NCBI RefSeq assembly: GCF_009914755.1
Contig: NC_060926.1
DNA length: 64,000 nt
Source: the human T2T-CHM13v2.0 reference genome, Homo sapiens
Reading direction: 5' to 3' (one strand)
The translations under genes and the position numbers were made by a program. Positions 46,960-61,692 of this stretch are shown here, in pieces; within the stretch, counting starts at the first letter, position 1, and the number at the start of each line of letters is the position of its first letter. The notes beneath the pieces are model-generated. The model was not told the DNA's origin and did no database searches. It worked only from the letters and a program-made list of their open reading frames with translations.

Positions 46960-48470
46960 TCAGAAGGCTGCTGCTTTCTAGCTGCATGACTTTGGGTACG
47001 TTATTTAACCACTAAACTTCAGTTCTCCTGTAAATTGGAAAAAAAAAAAAAAGACAATGCTGAATTCAAATAATTGAGGATAAATGAGGTAAAGCATATT
47101 GAGACTTATTATAGTTCATTATTATTGCTTTATACAAATATGAATTCTACAATGTGTACCTTCTGGTAAAAGTTGTGATGCCCTATTTTATTTTTTAAAG
47201 GTTTTCTTAAATTTATGTAAACTTCCAATATCATAAGTTGACAACATGCCAGTTGGCCCTCAGATCTGTTTATTTATTGAATGACTGCTCTCTGGTTTAT
47301 AAAACAGATATGTTGGAGGTTACAGTCTAGTAGAGACAGATAATAAACAAATATATATACATGAAATGTGAAGAAAATAACCATGGTACAGTGTATTTCT
47401 TTAAAGGGTAATTACCCATCATAAATGGTCCAAGAAAGATTCCCTAGAGAATTAGCATTTAAGTTAAGAGCTGAACGATGGTGGTGTCAGCCATGTGACT
47501 CATGGAATAAGAGGGTTTTATGCAGCATGGTTAGGTATTGGTCAGAAGTCAGACAGGAAATGGTTAAGCAGGAATGCTCCTGAGTTATTGCTTCTACAGA
47601 AAGGATGTCTAATGGTGTTATACTGGAAGTAACACAGTACTGAACACTTTAAAAAAAAATGAGTTGTATTGCAGCTTCCAGCCAGAAAGTTACTTTTCTT
47701 GCCAAAAAGGACAATTATAAACTGTAACCCTCTCTAGAGATGAGTGGAGAAGGCTGGGGTTGGAGGTGACTCAGTTAAAAGGACCTGCAGGGTGATCGGA
47801 GCTAGTCACCTGCATTTTACAGAACATTTCAAAGGCAAGCAAAGCTTCAGGTTCAATCTGTTAAAGGTCAAACTTTTAGTGTACAGAGCTGGAGAATGAG
47901 CTGAAACAACGAAACATCAAGCAGGGCAGCCTGCAAGAGCAAAAATACTATGAAATGCACAGAAAAGGAACTGAAGAACTTGGACAATTGAGAAGAAAAA
48001 ATGTTTGACATACCCAGAGCACAGAATGTACTCTTGTCTGCAATAATTATCACCCATTTGTAAGAAGGAACTGAAAGCTAATGTCATTAATTCAACAAAT
48101 ATTTATTGTATTACATCCCCGTACAAAGTAAACAAGGAAACAAAGATATTTACCCTCAAGGAACTTACATTGGGGTTGGGAGGGGGTGGGAGAGTACAGG
48201 GAAAACAGATTTGCATTGTGTTAAACATAATAAATAAGTAAATGACACAGTGTGTTAGAAAATACTTAGTGCTCTGGAAAAAAAGAAAAGTTGAGTAAGA
48301 AGGGGAAGACAAGGCTGGGAGAAGGTAGAAGAGACAGTTTGCAATATTAAATGGTTGTTCAAGCCAGGCCTGCCTCATTGAAAGGGTGAAATCTTCCTTC
48401 ACTGGAAGGAAGTGAGAGAATTAGTCAAGCAGCTATCTGAGGAAAGAACATTCCAAGTAAAGAATATACA
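46960..48470. mobile_element. MIR and antisense L2 remnants
   Basis: MIR core (catgactttggg..ttatttaacc..cttcagtt..ctgtaaa) at ~46980; L2 antisense cattaattcaacaaatatttattg at ~48085. Confidence 0.5.
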
Positions 48471-49286
48471 GCCCATACATTGTTGGATGTGTGTACATTG
48501 AAATTTTTGTGCAGTAAAATGAATATTTCATTTACCTATATAATCATTTTACATAAAATAAAATATATTTTGAATGTGAGTTTGTTCCAAACAAATCATT
48601 TTCTTGCCTTCAAAACCACTGAGCTTAAAGAACTCTTTCAAGTGTCATTAGAGATAGATTCCAACTACAATCAACATTGTGGAATCCAGAGGAGGCAAAA
48701 TGAAGGAAGCAGCACTCATTACAAAATGCTGCTTTGTAAAGAATTAATTCTGTCCTGGTATGTTTCACATTAGGTAATATGAAGGAAATGAATATGTCAT
48801 GAACCCTCCTTGAGGATGTGGGGGAATTAAAAGTAATTTCGCTTAATATCCAACTCTCACTTTTGGCTTTGTAGTCAGAGGGAAACAATGCTTTCCCAGG
48901 TTCTAAGGTAAACGTTAAAAGGTTACAAGGAGACTTGGAAGAGTCAAGGAACGCTTCCACCAACTATTCCTGCCATTCCAGTTGGGAGGGTTGTCTGAGG
49001 GGAAGTGAAAAATAGTTTATTACTTACTATATTTTTGGTACAAGATCTGTTATATTTTTCTAGATTAAAAACAATTCAGTGAACACTGATCCTTTAAAAA
49101 AAAGAACTCGAGGTTTATAAAATGCCTCTAAGGTGGGGGAGTGGGTTAGTGGTAAGAAAAGCAAAACTGTGATGCAATTGTTGAAAAAGCCAATTATTAA
49201 GGCATCATTCATGGAACTATAATACCTGATCCTAAAAGTAATATATCCATTATACTTTGCCTCAGTTCTATATGTCTAACTCATCA

Positions 49287-49585
<299 letters not shown>

Positions 49586-49771
49586 TTATAGGAGTATGAG
49601 TCCAATAATGTTGGGGTACAGAAACTTTACCATATGAGGAATAGTTAACAGAGACAATACAGAGCCTTCAAATATTTGGGGGGCTGTCATAAAAGTTACC
49701 AGAGAAGGTTTTAGCACATTCCATATGACAAAATGAGGACTAATGGCAGGCAGTTAAGAAAAACCGATTTG

Positions 49772-50247
<476 letters not shown>

Positions 50248-50534
50248 CTACAGTCACAGTTCCAATATACACTGGAAGCCTAGATAAGATGACCTCTGAA
50301 GAATTTTTCTGTGTGCACATTGTTTTATTTTATGATGTATATAAACAAACAAAAGCTAATAAAATCTCCTGTTTTGAATCATACATATTACATAAGAGCG
50401 TAAATTTAGGAAACTTGAATGGCACTTTTGTTGATATTATCATTCAAGCTATCATGTGCCAAATTAAAAGTGCTAGAAATGAGATAATACTGCTTAGTGA
50501 CAGAACTTTTTAAATAGTAGTACTAGTTATTAAT

Positions 50535-51140
50535 GTATTACCTCTCATCTCCACATGCAACCGTTTGGTCCTTTTTTTTGATAACGGGAGCTGGGCTATG
50601 CAGACCACACACCTCTGCCAGCTGGTGAAAAGAACCTAAGCAGTCTTAGGTTCTTGCAATAGAGGGTGCTAGAGAGAGACTGCAAGGCTGGAAGAGGAAG
50701 AAGGGATTTTCTACTCTTCCCAGTGTTCTATTTTTCACGCCATGGTGAGCAAATCAGTGTGCCAGGGGTCCCAGAGGGCTTACCCAAATAGCAGCAACTC
50801 TCCCAGTTCTGCCGCAGTGAAAGGCCTCCATCCGCTTTCCTCCCCAATCCAGCGCCGGGCAGCATGTTCCTGCAGTAGCTGTCCCTCTCATAAGAATCTT
50901 ATAGGTTTGTGAGAGATCCTTGCTTCTGTTTCTAAGTCCCTTCCGTTTTCACTTTTCCCTAAGTGCTAGGGGTAGCAGCATTTTTTTTTTCAGTTGCTAC
51001 TTCTAAATACCTTAGAGTTCTTACCATTTTTAATAGTTAACCATCCTATACCTAATGGATAACTAAGATATTTACGTTTTTGTGCTCAACTTAATGTTGT
51101 GGTTCCCGCCCCCAGAGTGACTGTACCCTGACTAATATAA
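50535..51140 (+). mobile_element. LTR33-like ERVL LTR remnant
   Basis: ctctgccagctgg...taggttcttgcaatagagggtgctagagagagactgcaaggctgg; ends accctgactaatata. Confidence 0.55.
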
Positions 51141-53117
51141 GACTTGACATCAAACCTAAAGGCCAAGAATGAAAACCAATTCAAAGTCTCTTATTTTTTG
51201 TTTCTACTAAAACTCTCATACAACAAATAAGATTATTCTCTTTCCCCTGATTTTGTGATTATTTCTGGGATGGTGGTTGAGTAGAAATATGTTTTAAGCA
51301 TGTTCCCCTGGATACCAGTCCTGTTCTGACAGAAGTACTTGACAAGTATCACGTATATTCATAGTTTTACTACAGCTTGCCTGATTGTAGCCCGAAAGGA
51401 CTGCTTAGAAATATTTAAAGCCCTTTATTTGTGGAAGGCAGAAGCTTGACATGGTAATCATTTATGTAAAATCTCATGATAAAAAAGAAATTAACACATG
51501 TCATGCTACCTTCTTTGGTGTCCAATTTAACTATGCCCAGTGATTATGAAAAAAGATGCTAAAACTTGGGGTCTATTTTAAATCTACATATCAAACAATA
51601 CATTATGAATGTGGCATCAAGATATTGTATATTCATGTTTGTTTGAGTATAATTGTGTATAATGTCCACTCACCTCTACAGATCTCAGTAGACTCTGGGT
51701 ATTTTGACCTGACCCAAGTTACATAAAACAAGATGACAATCACGAGAAATAAAGACTAGGATAGAAGAGATCAAAATATTAAGTCAAATGTTCATCATCT
51801 CTCCTCTTTTCTGCCTGTGAAAGACACTTCTAATTGGTCCACCACACTTTTTCATTATGTCAACTCAGAGTGGTGGTGCTAGAGGTACTGGTATAGACAT
51901 AGAAGTAAGGAAGCTAGATAACTGGAGTGATCTTGCCCTACAATAGAAAAGAATTGTAGGGGGCTAAGAAGGAAAAGAAATAAAAGGACCTATAGTTGTT
52001 AACAGAGGGAACAAGCAAGTGGGAGAAGGGGAGAAGTAAGGATTGACACAGAAGAGCCAAGGAGAATCTGACACAGGAGAGGTAGAGAGTCTCTTGGTGG
52101 GGGCGGGTGGGGGAAGAGTATATGTGACTGCAGTAAAGATGTGGATCTTGGAGGAAGATATGTAGAGATAAATTTAATATGATTTTCTGTGAGATGTCTG
52201 TTTAACAGCCCCCTTAGGTCCCCCAATAAACTTTAACAAAGTTTTCCATTGCTTTTCAAGACATTTTTTGTTTTAATTAATGTGGCAAGTGTGTTTGTTT
52301 TGGACATGGCAGGATAGAAGAGGCAAACCTCAAAAGGGCCCAGTTATATTCAGGACCCAATCAAAAAGGAGAAAAAGCATTCCCAGACTATGGTATACCT
52401 TTAAACTACATTATTTCATTACATATCTATTTTCCACTTAAAAAATATGCACCTTGAAAAAGGAGCAAATATTACTGCTCTTTACAGTTATAATTGTGTT
52501 CCCTTCTTCCCATCCCAGATTTCATATTATAATTTAAGTGTATCCGCTACTGTTTAGTAAAAGATGGCAAAATAGTGCTATACATAATAGTTTAACCTAT
52601 TCAGGTTATTGTCTGGGTTATAGCATATACCACACATGTTTCTGTTATGTTAAATTATAATTATAGTGTTTGGTGACATTATTTACATGGTTAAGATTCT
52701 ATTCTTCAACACAACAAATGTTAAATTAAAAGGAAACATAGCAGGCACACATTAACTAATATATTTCTTGCTTCATAGCAGCATTTTTTTTTAATTTCTG
52801 GAACAAATATGTAATACCTGCTTGGAAGTTAGCGGACTAGATAATGGTATACATCTGCCAACTGTTGAATAGGCAAGAATAATCTAAATTGGCAAGGCAG
52901 AATTGGTGAGAATAATTACAGAAAGAGTGTGTGATACCTTGGAAACTGAGGTCTTTCTCTTTTGTGTATAAGAAAACTGTACAAGACCTTTTGAAAGCCT
53001 TCATTTTTGTTATACACAACTACTGTCTCTGAGTTTTGTGAGTTCCATTTCAATTAAAAAAGGAGTAGTTATATGAGACCAGCCCTCCCACAGAAAACAA
53101 TGAGAGATTTTGGACAA

Positions 53118-53123
53118 ACACAC

Positions 53124-53167
<44 letters not shown>

Positions 53168-53200
53168 ACGTGCACATGCATGTGTGTGTTTGTGTGTGTA
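53118..53200. repeat. (TG)17 microsatellite within a ~70-bp purine-pyrimidine alternation
   Basis: acacacatatata(tg)17cgcacgtgcacatgcatgtgtgtgt. Confidence 0.95.
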
Positions 53201-54346
53201 TTTTAACTTTTAAGTTCAGGGGTACATGTGCAGTTTTGTTACATAGGTAAACGTGTCATGGGGGTTTGTTGTACAGATTATTTCATCGCCCAGGTATTAA
53301 GCCTAGTAACCATTAGTTATTTTTCCTGATCCTCTCCCTCCTTTCATCCTCCGCCCTCCAATAGGCCCCAGTGTGTGTTGTTCCCCTGTATGTGTCCATG
53401 TGTTCTCATCATTTAGCTCTCACTTGTAAGTGAGAACATGTGGTATTTGTGTTTCTGTTCCTGTATTAGTTTGCTAAGGACAATGGCTTCCAACTCTGTC
53501 CATGTCCCTGCAAAGGACATGATCTCATTCTTTTTTATGTCTACATATTATTCCATGGTGTGTATGTACCATATTTTCTTTATCATTGATGGACATTTAG
53601 GTTGATTCCATGTCTTTACTATTGTAAATAGTGCTTCAATGAGCATAGACATGCGTATGTCTTTATAATAGAATGATTTACATTCCTTTGGGTATATACC
53701 CTGTAATGGAATAGTAGAAAATTAAAACTGGACCCCTCCTTTACCTCATATACAAAATCAACCTCAAGATGGATTAAAGACTTAAATGCGAAACCCAAAA
53801 CTATAAAAACGCTGGAAGACAACCAAGGCAATAGCATTCAGGACGGAGGCACAGGCAAAGATTTCATGACAAAGATGCCAAAAGCGATTGCAACAAAAGC
53901 AAAAAGTGACAAATGAGATGTAGTTAAACTAAAGAGCTTCTGCACCATAAAAGAAACTGTCAACAGAGTAAACAGACAACTTACAGAATGGGAGAAAATT
54001 TTTGCATGCAATGCATCTGACATCTAGTATCTAATATCCAGCATATATAAAAATTTAAACAGATTTTACAAAAAAAATCAACCCAATTGAAAAGTAGACA
54101 AAGGACATGAACAGACACTTTTCAAAATCAGACATACATGTGGCCAACAATCATACGAATAAAAGCTCAACATCACTGATCGTTAGAGAAATGCAAATCA
54201 AAACCACAGTAAGATATCATTTCACACCAGTCCAAATGGCTATTATTAAAAAGTAAAAACATAACAGATGCTGGTGAGGTTGTGGACAAAAAGGAACGCT
54301 TGTACACCGTTGACGGGAGTGTAAATTAGTTCAACCATTGTGGAAA
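53200..54346 (-). mobile_element. L1PA11-13-like element with 5' inversion (twin priming)
   Basis: 53200-53710 antisense 3' end; 53714-54346 sense ORF2 segment that ends just upstream, in L1 coordinates, of where the antisense part starts. Confidence 0.8.
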
Positions 54347-54364
54347 TATATATAATTTTAATTA

Positions 54365-54675
54365 CCAGGCCTGCAAATAGAGTGAGGCAAAGGAAGCACA
54401 TCAGGCACAAAATTTAAAGGGATGAAAAAAAAAAAAAACTCAGTAATCCAGATAAATAAATTTTGAGTGCAATATTTTAGAAAATCAAAATGAGTACCCT
54501 AAAGAACCATGATGAACATGGAATCAAAATGTAAATAAGAAATAAAATCAGTATGACTGATTTTTTTTCTTTTACTTCTGTTGCTAATATAGCTCAGCAC
54601 AGCACTGTTACTGATTATTCCTTATTTAAAATGTTGATATTTTTCTCATCATGGACTTTTTACATTAACTTTGTA
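54365..54675. mobile_element. MER63-like hAT DNA transposon remnant with internal inverted repeat
   Basis: ccatgatgaa...aatcagta is an imperfect reverse complement of tactgatt...catcatgg. Confidence 0.55.
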
Positions 54676-55114
54676 AATGAGAATTAAAATAAAGAAATTT
54701 TTCTGGCTTCTGCAAAGGAGATAGGTGCTCAGCGAGTGGCGTAGATAAGTGATGCAAAATATGAGTTGGTATTATCCACCCTTCCAAACTAATCAATTAT
54801 TCTACCAAATGTCAGAAATATGTATGTGAATGTTATCATTTCAACAGTGCTGAACACATCCCAGCCATTAATGCTAGGTATCAGCTTCATTTTCATCTAT
54901 TTGCTTAGCATTTGGTGCTTAATGTAGTGTAGTCTACAGCAACTCTAGTCTGGAACACTACAGAACAAATTGACAATTTGAACCAAAACTGCTGCAAAGG
55001 AAATAATGATCTAGTGCACCACTGTGGAAAGTCTCCAAAACAGTGGAGGGGAAAATCTTTTCGATATAGCCTCTCTTTCAGATAATTTGAATGCACTTTG
55101 ACAGAACTTGATAA

Positions 55115-55507
55115 TGAACGTGGGTGGTACACTCAGAGATGCTCTGCCAGAATTCCTTCAAGGAAGTACTTACTGCCCAGCCATGGGGAGGACAGTCAGG
55201 AGGCAACCCAGCGATCAGCAACTTCAGGGTCCACCTCAGCTGTAAGGAGCCACCTCTCCAGAGATCTCACCCTTCTCAAGGCAGACTGCAGCTGCTGACT
55301 AAGCAAGGCAGTGTTTGAAAGGCCCCATCACTCTAAAGCACAATATTCCCTTCATTGCTCCTGCTGAATTGGTCAAAGATTTGTTGGCCTGCATTCCAGT
55401 TCAACTTTTTTCTCTACCCAGTCCTGCTTCCTGTCCTTCCTTTCCCATCTTACCCTCCAAAACTCATCTAAATAAGCATCTGCTCCCAGAAAACCCAACC
55501 TGAGACA
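55115..55507 (+). mobile_element. LTR16A-like ERVL LTR
   Basis: Ends tctgctcccagaaaacccaacctgagaca; ccagtcctgcttcc motif. Confidence 0.65.
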
Positions 55508-55897
55508 GGGAGTTAAACTTCCCAACGTTTTTCTTTTTACAGTATTATTTAGAATAACAACAAAAAAGTATGCAAAAAAGACTAAATATCCAACTGTATT
55601 TGCAACGTATATTTTTGAGCTTTCTCAGTTTAGATCTGAATTATATAGTTATAATGATTTTGGATTCAGTTTTTTGGTTGACATTATTTAACATACAATT
55701 CCTCAGACCAACTTTGTCGAGATATTTCTCTTCTGCAATGCCCTTACAGTATTCTATAGTGGATTTCTTAACTGTCTCCAAATGTATGGCCTTACATTGT
55801 TTACTATTTTTTCACTGCTTGAAATAGTGTTATAATATTTATGTACAAATTGCTTTCTTTCCCTTTTGATTAATTCCTTCAACAATTGCCTTCCTAG

Positions 55898-56565
55898 AAT
55901 TGAACCAGAGTCCGGTGAATATCAGCACTGGGACCAGTTAGCAGAGGAAAAGGAAAGAATAAAAGCGAAAAGAATGAAGAGTCATATGATTACCAACTTT
56001 TCCTTTTTCATATAAATTGAGTGTATATGGGTCTGGAACAACCTGAATTTCCATCAAGTCCTGGCTAACCTCATTATGTCCTATGAATATTTTTGACTAA
56101 TCCCACTTTACATTAATCTGTATTGTGAATGTGGATATTGAATTATATTTCTTTGTAATCCCATTATCCAAAATCCAGTTCAGAGACTATTAGTTACCAA
56201 TGTTCACTGTGAAGGAAAAAAAAAAAAAAAAAGCTCAGAGGATAAACATGTGATATGGTTTGGCTGTGTCCCCACCCAAATATCATCTTGAATTGTAGCT
56301 CCCATAATTCCCACGTGTTGTGGGAGGGACCCGGTGGGAGATAATTGTATCATGGGGGTGGTTCCCCCATACTATTCTCATAGTAGTGAATAAGTCTCAC
56401 AAAATCTGATGGTTTTATGAGGGAAAACCCCTTTCACCTGGTTCTCATTCTCTTCTCTGGTCTGTCGTCATGTAAGACATGCCTTTCACCTTCTCCACCA
56501 TGACTGTGAGGCCTCCCCAGCCACGTGGAACTGTGAGCCCATTAAACCTCTTTCACTTATAAATT
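55898..56565 (+). ncRNA. SCHLAP1: SCHLAP1 terminal exon (3' end approximate)
   Basis: Acceptor ttgccttcctAG | AATTGAACCAGAGTCCGGTGAATATCAGC matches recalled SChLAP1 cDNA; runs through an internal A tract into the THE1 LTR with ATTAAA at 56541-56546. Confidence 0.82.
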
Positions 56566-56615
56566 ACCCAGTCTCTGGTATATCTTTATCAGCAGCATGA
56601 AAACAGACTAGTACA
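56251..56615 (+). mobile_element. THE1B-like MaLR solo LTR
   Basis: TGATATGGTTTGGCTGTGTCCCC...GACTAGTACA; perfect 5-bp TSD ACATG (56246-56250, 56616-56620). Confidence 0.92.
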
Positions 56616-58234
56616 ACATGTTTGGAAATGATGTTCAGAATTAAATTTTCTTCTTGAAGAATAATAATGTACAGGAGTGTGTTGAAGATTTTGAGAATTC
56701 TCACAGCAAAGGAACTTGTTAATTTTTTTAATCCACCTACCTAATAGAATTAATATTTTAAGAGAAACAGCTTGTGAAACAATTATATATATGGTACCAT
56801 GAAAACTTTTAGAAAACAATTATTATACACACATATAAACACATATTACTTACTAGTAAAGATGTACCTATCTTCCTAGGAAGCTCTTTCATGGTATTTC
56901 ATTAGTATCCCTTCCAGCACCTACCATCCATCCAGGCAAATTTTAGATGTTTTACAAAGGTTTATGAAATTGCATTAAACACCTGTTAAAAATCACTTTG
57001 TTCATTGCAAGACATTTATATACTGTAGTTTTAAAGAAAGATAACAGCTGAGGGGAGCTACAGGAAAAAGAAAAGCATAGAACTTATGTTGAATTATTTT
57101 TCTTGTGCATATGAAGTTGCTCTGTGAGAACAAGAGCACTCAGCAGACGTATAGATCCACTATCTTTTCACATGGCAATATGTTCATCCTTTCAGACAAT
57201 TTGAGCAAGTTTGGAACATAAAATAATACAAAGAGGCTAAAATGCAAAGCAAAAAAAAAAAATGAAAATGATTGGCACAAAATAATGGAGCAATTGTAAG
57301 AGATGTTACATGTGTAAACTTAAACCAGGACATAAACCGTTGAAGTTCACCGTTTAAGGAAGCATCCAAATATATAATAGTCCTGCTAAATGCTTGGAGT
57401 AGCAAATTTCTATCACATGCATCCACATGCACATCTTACATTAAAATCCCGTGACAATAGTGTTAACATCTTGTCATTTTAGCCTTGAATGTCAAAGGCT
57501 CATGGGATCTACTCCATGACTCACATAACCTGTATATCTAGAAACAGGTGTTTTAAACTCTACATCTGGTGATAAATATTAAAGATAGAAGATGAGAGTT
57601 CTAAAACAGTCTACTTATTTCATTTCCACTTGGCTTTGCCACCATTACCTAAACTATTACAGATTGAGCTCCACAGACTACTCAGAATTCTCCTCCTGTC
57701 TTGAAATTCCAAATGCAATTTTCCCAGGATTTTTAGAAATTTATGAAATTATTAGCCAAAAATATTATATTTCAAGATTAAGCCCTCATCCTACAGTTTA
57801 GAAAACCAAGAGCCAGCTGAAAATACTTGCTCAAATTCAGAGAATGAATGTTGTCTAAATTAGTTCAAAAACAAGTGACTCATTGAAGATAAAGTAGTGT
57901 GGTGATTAAAAGCATGTACTTTGAAAAAAAAAAAAGTGACTCTTGGCTTGTAATACAATTTTTTCACTGCATTATTCTAAGGAAATTTGTTAGTAGAGCT
58001 GAAATAATACAGCATTAGGGTTAAAAAGTACAAGTTTCAAAGTTACAAAGACCAAGGTAGCGAAAGGCAAATTACTCAACCTCTCTAAACATGGTTTATT
58101 CATTAGTAAAAGAAGAACAAGAATATTATTTATGACATAGTATTAAGAGTTTTAAACAATGTAGAATACTGAAAGTGCCAAAAAACTATTGTCATTATTA
58201 CATATGTAAGTAAAATTTATTTTCTGCATATCAT

Positions 58235-58607
58235 TGTATTAGTCTGTTTTCATACTGCTACAAGGAACTACCCAAGCAGGTAATTTGTAAAGAAAAGAGG
58301 TTTAATTGACACACAGTTCAGCATGGCTCGGGGGGCGGGGGGCCCTCAGGAAACTTACAATCATGATGGAAGGCAAAGGGGGAGCAAGGCACCTTCTTCA
58401 CGAGGCGGCAGGAAGGAGAAATGCTGAGTGAAAGGGGAAGAGCCCCTTATAAAACCATCAGATCTAGTGAGAACTCACTATCATGAGAACTGCATGGAAG
58501 AAACTGCTTCTGTGATTCAGTTATCTCCACTTGGTCTCTCCCTTGACACACGACGAATTACAATTCAAGATGACTTTTGGGTGGAGACACAAAGCCTAAC
58601 CATATCA
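58235..58607 (-). mobile_element. THE1D-like MaLR solo LTR
   Basis: tgtattagtctg...aaccatatca termini; TSD ATCAT/ATCAC. Confidence 0.87.
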
Positions 58608-58707
58608 ATCACCATACCTTTCAAAAACTACAAATAGTTTTCATTACATTTGGAGGTCAGTCTCATGTAAATTATAATGAGGTATCATATTCAAAATCCA
58701 CTTTGAT

Positions 58708-60830
58708 CTCTGCTTCTAAGAGGACGGAGTGGACATAATTTCCGTATTCCTCCCAATGGGCACAACTAAAAACTCTGGAAATGATATATAAAACAAATGT
58801 AAGAAGACTCTAAAGCATGGAAAGAAAAAGGCAGGCGAGCTTGGGAAATTGGAATTCAATGAACTACACAGTGCTGAGTTCCCTGAGTTTTCATCTTGCC
58901 TCACATATCATCTCAGACTGGGCACTAAAGACATCAACAACCCGAAAATACTAAAACGCTAATGGACACAAACACCAAAACACACACATACACACACAAA
59001 TAAAAACCCAAGAGAAGCCTGCTTTCTCTTGCCAATGGACCAGAAAAGAAGCAGCATAGGAAGACAGAAAACATTTAGACAATAACCACTTTACTCTAGC
59101 CAAACACTATGTAAAATACTGCATGCCTACCCCTAGAAGCAAAGGCAGAGGGGAGAGTCCAGTCTTTGGACTCTTGCCAGGCTGCCAGGAGGTGCTGCAA
59201 GCCCTACCTACCTCCAGAGTGGTGTCAGAGAAGGCAGAGTGGAAAGCTGAGACCATCATCCCTATCAGGTGGTAAAGAGGATCCCCTTCAGGGTGTCAGG
59301 GGAGTCCATGGGAAGAGGGATAGGGACTTGGATTTCCACCCTACCCAGAGGCACCAAGGCACCCACACTCCTCTCACTGAGGTGCTGTCAGAGGAGGTCT
59401 AATGGAGAGTCGGTACTTTAATGTGGCTCAGTGGTAACAAGCTCGACCCCAAAAGTGCTAGTAGAGGCCATGTGGGAAGCTGTAAGAAGACATCCCTCCC
59501 CTCCCAGCCAGGGTGGTATCAACAGATACCTAATGGGGAACTGAGTTTTGACCAAAGTGCAAGAGCAATTCAATGGAGGAACAAACTTTTCAATAAATGG
59601 TGCTGAAGCAATTGGATACCTATAGGCAAAAAAATAAAAATAAAAAAAAATTAGACCTCAAACGTTTAACAAAAATTAACTCAAAATAAATAGTATATTT
59701 AATATAAAATGTAAACTACAAAACTTACAAAATAACATTGGAGAAAATTTTCAGGACCTAGGACTTGGTGAAGAAAATGTAGATGTGACACCAAAAGCAC
59801 AATCCATACGAGTAAAAAATCAATAAATTGGATCTACTTTTGCTCTGTGAAAGATCCTGTTTAAGAGAATGAAAAGACAAGCTATAGAGTGGGAGAAAAT
59901 ATTTGCAAATATCAGTGAGATTTCTTAAAATTGAACAGTTAAAAACAAATAACCCAATTAGAAAATGGGCCTTCCCCACCCCCAAAAAACCCATGAAGAG
60001 ACATTTCAGACATGTAAGCAAATGAAAAAATGTTCAAAGTCACTAGCTATTAGGGAAATGCAAATAAAGACCATGAGGAGACATCACTACATACCTTTCA
60101 ACATGCTGACATAAAAAAAACGGTGACAACACCAGATGCTAGCAAGGATACAGAGAAACTTGATGTCTCATACATTGCCAGTGGGAATATAAAATGGTTA
60201 AGCCACTGTGGAAAACAGTTTGGCTGTTTCTTAAAGTAATTAAACATATGCTTACCATACAACCCAGAAATTGTACTCCAGGGCATTTATCCCAGAGAAA
60301 TGAAACATTATTGTAGCAGTTTTTTGTTGTTGTTGTTATAGCCAAAACCTGGAATACAGCAATAAAAAGGAATAAACTATTAATACACACCATGATTTGG
60401 ATGGATTTCAAAGTCATTACAATAAGTGAAAAAAAATCTCAGAGGACACATTTATATGTGAGCTCATTTATACAACATTCTTGAAATGATAAAATTACAG
60501 AGACAGGAAAAAAAAATTATGTTTCCCATGAGTTAGGGATGGTATAGGCGAGGAAATTGAGTGCAGCTATAAAGGGGTAATTTGAGGGAGATCTTTGTGG
60601 TAAAGGAATAGTTCTGTATCTTGATTGTACTGATGATATAGACTGATGAATCTACACATATGATAAAATGACATGGAATCATATATACTCATTGTCTAAT
60701 TTCTGTCTTTGATGCTGTATTATAGTTATATAAGATGTATCCATTGATGGAAACTGAGAGAAGAGTACGTGGGTTGTCTCTGTGCTACTTTTGCAACTTC
60801 CTGTGAATCTACAATTATTTTAAAATAAAA
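58708..60830 (+). mobile_element. L1MD/MC-like element: 5'UTR joined to ORF2 3' end and 3'UTR
   Basis: L1M-type 5' end, abrupt switch at ~59545 to ORF2 C-terminal sequence (ttttgaccaaagtgc, aataaatggtgctg), L1MD-type 3'UTR. Confidence 0.65.
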
Positions 60831-61349
60831 TTTTTCTTTTTTTATTATACTTTAAGTTCTAGGGTACATGTGCACAATGTGCAGGTTTGTTACATATGTA
60901 TACATGTGCCATGTTGCTGTGCTGCACCCATTAAGTCGTCATTTACATTAAGTATATCTCCTAATGCTATCCCTCTCCCCTCCCCCCACCCCACAACAGG
61001 CCCCACTGTGTGATGTTCCCCTTCCTGCGTCCAAGTGTTCTCATTGTTCAATTCCCACCTATGAGTGAGAACATGCGGTGTTTGGTTTTTTGTCCTTGCG
61101 ATAGTTTGCTGAGAATGATGGTTTCCAGCTTCATCCATGTCCCTACAAAGGACATGAACTCATCCCTTTTCGTGGCTGCATAGTATTCCGTGGTGTATAT
61201 GTGCCACATTTTCTTAATCCAGTCTATCATTGTTGGACATTTGGTTTGGTTCCAAGTCTTTGCTATTGTGAATAGTGCCGCAATAAACAAACTTGTGCAT
61301 GTGCCTTTATAGCAGCATGATTTATAAACTTTTGGGTATATACCCAGTA
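60831..61349 (-). mobile_element. 5'-truncated L1PA4/5 3' end
   Basis: Antisense L1PA 3'UTR; ORF 61048-61290 is the ORF2p C-terminus (...HRMFSLIGGN); A-rich flanks compatible with a TSD. Confidence 0.88.
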
Positions 61350-61532
61350 AAAAAAAATTTCACTTTGAGGACATTCCTGGGGAGCAACAAGAGGTTTGTA
61401 TAACTACCTGTTAAAGGAAAACAACATGCAGCACAAAAGATGTTTGGCTACTGATTGAAGAAAAATGTTATACTTTTTTTTTTGTGGCAGAGAAAACAAT
61501 CCATTCATTCCAATATGAGTTCCCACTAGATT

Positions 61533-61692
61533 TCATGGTTTTCAAACCCTGACTACAGATTAGAACAAAGTGGGGAGCTTTAAAAATGTTCAACTTCTGG
61601 CTCTACCTCCGTGGATGCTCCCTTCATTGGCCTTGGATGATCATAATTATTCTAGATGATTCTAAGTGTACTCTGAACTGAGGAATGCCATA
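61533..61692. mobile_element. MER5-like DNA transposon remnant
   Basis: catggttttcaaac...ggggagctttaaaaat...gatgattctaa. Confidence 0.5.
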
